DNA of 64,000 bases from an uncultured Gammaproteobacteria bacterium (GTDB lineage: Bacteria > Patescibacteriota > Microgenomatia > Levybacterales > UBA12049). Location of the stretch: NCBI GenBank assembly GCA_964490105.1, contig CAZAZU010000001.1:434361-498360 (forward strand). Direction: 5' to 3'. Each line of letters starts with the position of its first letter. The stretch's first letter is position 1. The position numbers and the translations under genes were made by a program. The notes below the pieces were generated by a model that saw only the letters and a program-made list of their open reading frames with translations, had not been told where the DNA came from and did not search any database. Shown here in pieces: positions 59,134-64,000 of the stretch.

Positions 59134-60197
59134 ATTTTTTCCTCTCTTAATCCTTCAACTCCCAGGGTCAGTTGGGTAGGGGTTAACTTTCGTGATTTTA
59201 GCACTTCTTTTAGTTTTTTCAAGTCCGTGTGATAAATAAGAATTATTCCCGTGGATTTCGTAGTTCCTCCTGCTCCGCAAATCTTAGCAGCTCCGCCTGA
59301 TTCCTCAATATCTCTAATTATTTTCTTAACATAATTAGAAACTACTCCAATTTTTTCCAGATTTGCTTCTCCCCTTTTAATAATTCCTGGAATTTGTCGC
59401 GGAATATTTTTTTCAATCGCCAGACGAAGGTCTTTTACTAACTCTTCCTGTCTATCAAAAATTTCTTTTGTTAAAAGTTCGTTCTCTTCAACTAACTTTC
59501 TGACAAGACTCACCATTTCTCCAGTCGATTCAGTTGGAGTACCGGTATTAATTATGTAAAAGTTTTTTGTAATATCTTCTGACATTTTCATGTCCATTGG
59601 TTTTACACCGTCATCTTTTTTAAACCAGACTAGTCCTCCATATGCTGATGTTGAATTGTCTCCGCCTGACGGCTTACCATGTTTTTTTCTCTCACATAAA
59701 AATGCAATTTCATTAATTGTTTTTTTATCCAATTTTTTACCAGTAAACAAACTTAATGCGCCGATGATTGAAACAGATAATGCACCAGAGGATCCCATAC
59801 CTGCTCCCACTGGAACTTCAGAATCAATTAAAAGATCAAATCCAGATATTGAATTCAAACCGTAATGTTTTATGAATTGACCGACGATTATAAATGGATA
59901 ATCTAAAGGATCTTTTGTTATTGATTTTAAAAGAGGGATATCATTTTCTTTATCATACTTATCCCAATTTTCCTGAGCTTTATGAAATTTTTTAACAACT
60001 TTATCAAGAGAAAGCATTTCGTCTTTATCAAAATTTTTTGAAGAAACTTTTATGTTCTTATCTTTACGGGGAGTGATAGTAACAAAACATCTTTTACTGA
60101 CAGCGGTTAAAATTGCAGGTTTATTATATACAATTGCATGCTCTCCTAATAAATGTAATTTGCCAGGAGCTGATACAAAAACTGTTTTTAGTTTCAT
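59130..60197 (-). CDS. mvk: Mevalonate kinase
   Basis: SAPGKLHLLGEHAIVY, PVGAGMGSSGA, E...HGKPSGGD, KICGAGG. Confidence 0.85.
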   Translation of the reverse strand: MKLKTVFVSAPGKLHLLGEHAIVYNKPAILTAVSKRCFVTITPRKDKNIKVSSKNFDKDEMLSLDKVVKKFHKAQENWDKYDKENDIPLLKSITKDPLDYPFIIVGQFIKHYGLNSISGFDLLIDSEVPVGAGMGSSGALSVSIIGALSLFTGKKLDKKTINEIAFLCERKKHGKPSGGDNSTSAYGGLVWFKKDDGVKPMDMKMSEDITKNFYIINTGTPTESTGEMVSLVRKLVEENELLTKEIFDRQEELVKDLRLAIEKNIPRQIPGIIKRGEANLEKIGVVSNYVKKIIRDIEESGGAAKICGAGGTTKSTGIILIYHTDLKKLKEVLKSRKLTPTQLTLGVEGLREEKI

Positions 60198-60219
60198 AAT
60201 AATTTTTGCTGATTATACA

Positions 60220-60522
60220 CTAAACTGGTTTAAATTTTATGTGATATGCAATAACCCCTTCAGTATCTCCTGTAAATGAACGACGCAGAACAGCAGCCAC
60301 TTTCTGCCCTTTTTTAAGATCTTCTTCTTCCCAATCTACAAGCTGACCTATCATTCTTTCTTTATTTTCATATTCGATAATAACAACTGGATACGGCGCT
60401 TCATGATGAAAAGCGCGGGGTGGAACTCTAACTATTGTCCAATTTAAAATCTTGCCAACTCTGCCAATATGGCTTGCAACATTTTTTTGTCTTCTCCAAA
60501 GTTTTACTGGTGTTGTAATCAT
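60220..60522 (-). CDS. DUF35-type OB-fold protein (thiolase/HMGS scaffold-like), lacking the Zn ribbon
   Basis: GKILNWT.V..PP..F...APY, GQLVD, G.KV..VLRR, GVIAY..KF; directly downstream of the thiolase gene. Confidence 0.8.
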   Translation of the reverse strand: MITTPVKLWRRQKNVASHIGRVGKILNWTIVRVPPRAFHHEAPYPVVIIEYENKERMIGQLVDWEEEDLKKGQKVAAVLRRSFTGDTEGVIAYHIKFKPV

Positions 60523-61658
60523 ATTTGAATAATGTGAACTGCCGCAACAGCTCCCGATCCTCCTACATTATGAGTTAGTCCTATCTTTGCGCCTTTCACT
60601 TGTCTTTCCCCTGCTTCCCCTCTAAGCTGAGTTGTAATTTCTACAATCTGTTTTATTCCAGTTGCTCCAACTGGATGACCGCACGCTTTAAGTCCCCCAG
60701 AAGGATTTGTAACAATTTTTCCCTTACCTATGGTCATCTTTCCACTCTCAATGTCTCGTGCTCCTTCTCCTCTTTTTGAAAATCCTAAATCCTCGACCGC
60801 TATGGCTTCAGCAATTGAAAAACAATCATGAATTTCTGCAACATCAATGTCTTCGGGTTTTAAGCCAGTTTTTTTATACGCTCTAACTGTAGCACCCACA
60901 ACTGACCCCAGACTTACGAAAGATTTTCTTGAGTGAAGCGCCAGGGTATCAGTACCAACTTCACTAGCTGATATATAAACATTTTTACTTTTTGAAGATT
61001 TACTGCTAATCACCACAGCAGATGCTCCATCTGAAATCGGCGAACAATCAAGAAGCTTTAACGGATCTGCAATTCTTCCGCTTTTCATAACATCCTCAAC
61101 TGTAATTTGTTTTCTAAACTGAGCTTTATCGTTTAGAAATCCATGAAAGTGATTTTTTACTGAAATAGAAGCCAATGTCTCTTCTGTCACATTATATTTG
61201 TCCATATAATCTTGCGCCATTAATGCGTAAATTCCTGGAAATGTAGCTCCCGCCATCCTTTCATTGTCAGACCCAGCTGCCATAAGTCCTGTTGTTACAT
61301 CGTCTTGTGAAGAGTCAGTCATTTTTTCTATTCCTAACACTAAAACTGTTTCATATTGGCCTGCCAAAATACTGTTCACGCCGGAATTCAAAGCCAAACC
61401 GCCGGATGCACATGCGCCTTCCACTCTAATTGCCGGAACTAATAATCCTAATTCTTCAGCGAAAAAGGCTCCCAAATTTGCCTGGTTTCCTAAAATTCCG
61501 GCAAGCATATTTCCCACATATAGAGCATCTATATCTTTAGCTTTTAACTTGGCATCTTTAAGTGTGCCTTCAATCGCTTGCCTTGCTAATGCGCGCGGCG
61601 ATTTATTCCATAATTCACCAAATTCAGTTGTAGCAACTCCTAAAATATTTACTTTCAT
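60519..61658 (-). CDS. Acetoacetyl-CoA thiolase, archaeal/SCP2-type
   Basis: EGACASG, DCSPISDGA, EIHDCF, NPSGGLKACGHPVGATG, THNVGG. Confidence 0.88.
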   Translation of the reverse strand: MKVNILGVATTEFGELWNKSPRALARQAIEGTLKDAKLKAKDIDALYVGNMLAGILGNQANLGAFFAEELGLLVPAIRVEGACASGGLALNSGVNSILAGQYETVLVLGIEKMTDSSQDDVTTGLMAAGSDNERMAGATFPGIYALMAQDYMDKYNVTEETLASISVKNHFHGFLNDKAQFRKQITVEDVMKSGRIADPLKLLDCSPISDGASAVVISSKSSKSKNVYISASEVGTDTLALHSRKSFVSLGSVVGATVRAYKKTGLKPEDIDVAEIHDCFSIAEAIAVEDLGFSKRGEGARDIESGKMTIGKGKIVTNPSGGLKACGHPVGATGIKQIVEITTQLRGEAGERQVKGAKIGLTHNVGGSGAVAAVHIIQI

Positions 61659-62692
61659 AATGTATGCATTTGTTTTAGATATTGCGGATAACTTATATAT
61701 TTCTTGTCTTCAATTTGTGATGCAACAGAAATAATATTTTTTTGTTTCTTTAAAATATTTTTTGTTGTTTTAAAAATAAATCCATCTGATCCGGCGCCAG
61801 AACCGTAACTGACGAAAAATATTTTTTGACCAGGTTTTGCGATATCAAGTACTGCAGCGAGTCCAGTTAAAGATGACGCTGAATATGGATTTCCAATCCG
61901 GTCAACTATTAATGATGGCTCAAGCTGTTCTTTTGTGAAACCTAATTTTTTTGCAGCTACTCTAGGAAATTTTCCATTTGGCATGTGGAAAACACAGTAA
62001 TTAAAATCTTCTACTTTTAATTTTGTTTTTGTAAGTAACTTTTTTGCTTCATTTATTACATGCATAAAATATGCCGGCTCTCCGGTAAATCTCCCAAAGT
62101 GTGATGGATATCGCATTCCATCTCTTCTCCAAAAATCTGGAGTATCTGATGTGAATGACGAAGTTTCTAAAATATCTGCAATTATTTCTTCTTTTTTAGA
62201 ACCAAGTATATATGCAGCACCAGCTGAAGCCGCTGTATACTCAAGTGCATCATGAGGTTTTCCCTGGGCCGTATCAGATCCAATTGCTAGTCCGTACTCT
62301 GCTTGCTTACTTTCAATTAAAGAATTCGCTACCTGCATTCCGGCTGTTGCAGCTTTACATGCAAATTCTAAATCAGCTGCCATATAATCCGGTCCTATTT
62401 GAAGATACTCTGCAGCAATTGATGATGAGGGATTAACTGCGTAGGGATGGCTTTCAGATCCGAAATAAACACATCCTATTTTTTTAGGATTTACTCCTAA
62501 CATCTGAAGTGCTCGTTTTCCCGCCTCAATTCCTATGGTAATTGCGTCTTCATCAATTGCAGGAACTGATTTTTCATTTACCTTCAAGCCGTTTTTTATT
62601 TCTTCTTCGTCTTTTTTCCAAACCTCTGCAATATCAGATAATTTTATCCTGTATCTTGGAATATAGACTCCGTATCCTACAATTCCAGCCAT
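61655..62692 (-). CDS. Hydroxymethylglutaryl-CoA synthase, archaeal type
   Basis: GIVGYGVYIPRYRI, GSESHPYAV, DLEFACKA, DTPDFWRR, FHMPNGKFP, IGNPYS, SYGSGAG; ATG 62692 preferred. Confidence 0.92.
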   Translation of the reverse strand: MAGIVGYGVYIPRYRIKLSDIAEVWKKDEEEIKNGLKVNEKSVPAIDEDAITIGIEAGKRALQMLGVNPKKIGCVYFGSESHPYAVNPSSSIAAEYLQIGPDYMAADLEFACKAATAGMQVANSLIESKQAEYGLAIGSDTAQGKPHDALEYTAASAGAAYILGSKKEEIIADILETSSFTSDTPDFWRRDGMRYPSHFGRFTGEPAYFMHVINEAKKLLTKTKLKVEDFNYCVFHMPNGKFPRVAAKKLGFTKEQLEPSLIVDRIGNPYSASSLTGLAAVLDIAKPGQKIFFVSYGSGAGSDGFIFKTTKNILKKQKNIISVASQIEDKKYISYPQYLKQMHTL

Positions 62693-62693
62693 A

Positions 62694-63848
62694 TTATTTT
62701 CCTCCTCTTCCCAGCTTACTGTGTGCTTTTGCCAAAGTTCCTTGCTCAAGCGAAGATAACAAGGATAACTCTCCAGCTAAAACTGCCGCCCCAATTATTT
62801 CAGAGAATTTGAGAGCGTTTTTGCCTTCATTTGGCCCAGCAACTCCCAAAATAGATAACGCTTCTTTCTGAGTCCCAAGCCCTGTCCCTCCCCCTACGGT
62901 TCCCACCATTAAAGAAGGCAAATGAACACTAATATACAAATCTTTTCCCTTAATAACTTCCGCAGTTGTCATAGTCAAACTCCCCTCGACAACGTGAGCA
63001 GGATCTTGACCTGTTGCGATAAATATAGCAGCTATAACATTGGCAACATGTGCATTAAATCCCATTGATCCGGACATTGCTCCACCTATCATACATTTAG
63101 CAAGCCAAACTTCATATATTTCACTTGCGCTTGTTTTAAGAATCTCTTTAAGAACTTTTTCAGGAATTATAACTTCTGCCTTTACTGCTTTTCCTCTTTT
63201 ATTAATTACGTTCTGCCACGCTGGCTTTTTATCTACACAAAAATTTCCAGATAAAGAAATACATTTAACTGATGAGTGTTTTTCAATATAGTCAACAATC
63301 GCGTTTGTTGCAATCGTGATCATATTTAATCCCATCGCGTCCTGAGTATCAAAATAAAAACGAACGTATATAAACCTGCCTGTTTCTGAAAATTCGTACT
63401 TAAGAAGTTTTAAATGTGAAGAAGTGGATTCTGCGGTTTTTTTTATATTTAAAAAGTTTTTATTTAATAGATTTAATAATTCATTTCTTTGCTCTATGTT
63501 TTCAGCTTTAAAAACCGGTCCTCGCGTAGCCCCAATATTTTCTGCTTCAACTTTTGCTCCTCCTGAAAGAGTTATCGCTTTAGCCCCTCTATTAACTGAC
63601 GCGACTAATGCTCCTTCAGTTGTAGCTAGTGGAATATAAAAATCTCCTTCAAATGAAGATCCGTTAATTTTTAAAGGCCCTGCCAAGCCCAAAGGCACTT
63701 GCGCAACTCCAATCATGTTCTCGCAATTTCTAGTTGATGCCACACTTTCATCCAGAGAAAAATTACCAATATTCATTAGATCAACCTTCATTTTTTTCTC
63801 AACTTCTTCTCTCCGACACTTAACTGAACTAAAATCTCTTAGGTTCAT
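62694..63848 (-). CDS. hmgA: HMG-CoA reductase (NADPH), class I
   Basis: CENMIG...PLGLAGP, PLATTEGALVAS, DAMGLN, SGNFCVDKK, TGQDPAH, GTVGGGT, GELSL...AH. Confidence 0.93.
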   Translation of the reverse strand: MNLRDFSSVKCRREEVEKKMKVDLMNIGNFSLDESVASTRNCENMIGVAQVPLGLAGPLKINGSSFEGDFYIPLATTEGALVASVNRGAKAITLSGGAKVEAENIGATRGPVFKAENIEQRNELLNLLNKNFLNIKKTAESTSSHLKLLKYEFSETGRFIYVRFYFDTQDAMGLNMITIATNAIVDYIEKHSSVKCISLSGNFCVDKKPAWQNVINKRGKAVKAEVIIPEKVLKEILKTSASEIYEVWLAKCMIGGAMSGSMGFNAHVANVIAAIFIATGQDPAHVVEGSLTMTTAEVIKGKDLYISVHLPSLMVGTVGGGTGLGTQKEALSILGVAGPNEGKNALKFSEIIGAAVLAGELSLLSSLEQGTLAKAHSKLGRGGK

Positions 63849-63950
63849 AAATAAAAATGGGCGCTATAAGCCCTCATTATTATAGTCGTAAATATTTTCA
63901 AAATCATTCGAAGCAAAATAATTCACTCCAAGTACAAAAAAATGTATAAT

Positions 63951-64000
63951 ATGACTGTGAGAGGCCTGATAGACGAAGTTTTAAAAGGAAATCCAGAGGC
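63951..64000 (+). CDS. 5' fragment of a divergent gene (MTVRGLIDEVLKGNPE...), possibly an ECF-type sigma factor
   Basis: Frame is open to the window edge after TATAAT (63945-63950); start is ATG 63951 or GTG 63957; LI..VL.GN.E(A) resembles ECF sigma N-termini, but the fragment is too short to be sure. Confidence 0.35.
   Translation, partial: MTVRGLIDEVLKGNPE

Noticed and set aside
170-63639. Many 60-160 aa antisense or alternate-frame ORFs in the track (e.g. 170..478, 25347..25790, 55011..55361, 61264..61734)
   Set aside because: They lie within or across well-supported genes and read as shadow translations with no motifs
1-64000. CRISPR array, IS element, integrase or prophage genes
   Set aside because: No regularly spaced repeat-spacer units and no transposase, integrase or phage-like ORFs recognised; TopIB has topoisomerase rather than recombinase motifs
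1-64000. Alternative genetic code (TGA read as Gly or Trp)
   Set aside because: TGA terminates many full-length genes at ATGA overlaps, and code 11 gives complete proteins

Overview
An AT-rich, very densely packed bacterial window (genetic code 11; TGA is used as a stop codon). Gene content suggests a Patescibacteria/CPR genome, probably Microgenomates; this is inference. Bases 1-40945 are one ~41 kb surface-glycosylation locus. It holds 17 multi-TM GT-C-fold proteins (ArnT/PMT-like, PTPS-related/YfhO-like, GT87-like), two half-size GT-C-like proteins, nine GT2s (four of them polyprenol-phosphate-sugar synthase-like), one GT4, a Wzx flippase and galE. tRNA-Glu(CTC) at 41031 closes the locus. 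Bases 41-55 kb are mixed housekeeping and accessory genes: Lon with a CIRCE-like operator, Nth, EEP and SNase nucleases, NRAMP, RmlC, hydrolases, topoisomerase IB and a two-component pair. Bases 55.5-63.8 kb are a mevalonate operon with an archaeal-type upper half (HMGR, HMGS, thiolase, DUF35) and an inserted methyltransferase and HAD phosphatase. The main sequence-level observations are: (1) a 311-bp near-perfect repeat shared by two adjacent, otherwise divergent GT-C genes; (2) -10 boxes sitting 6-8 nt before start codons throughout the window, suggesting leaderless transcription, including three cases where a TGA stop doubles as the extended -10 TGn; (3) a two-state RNA structure over the EEP gene start; (4) an unannotated 41-aa tail-anchored ORF; (5) a CDS that overlaps the tRNA acceptor stem. 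No CRISPR array, integrase, transposase or reverse transcriptase was seen. All functional calls come from motif recognition by eye; no database searches were run.
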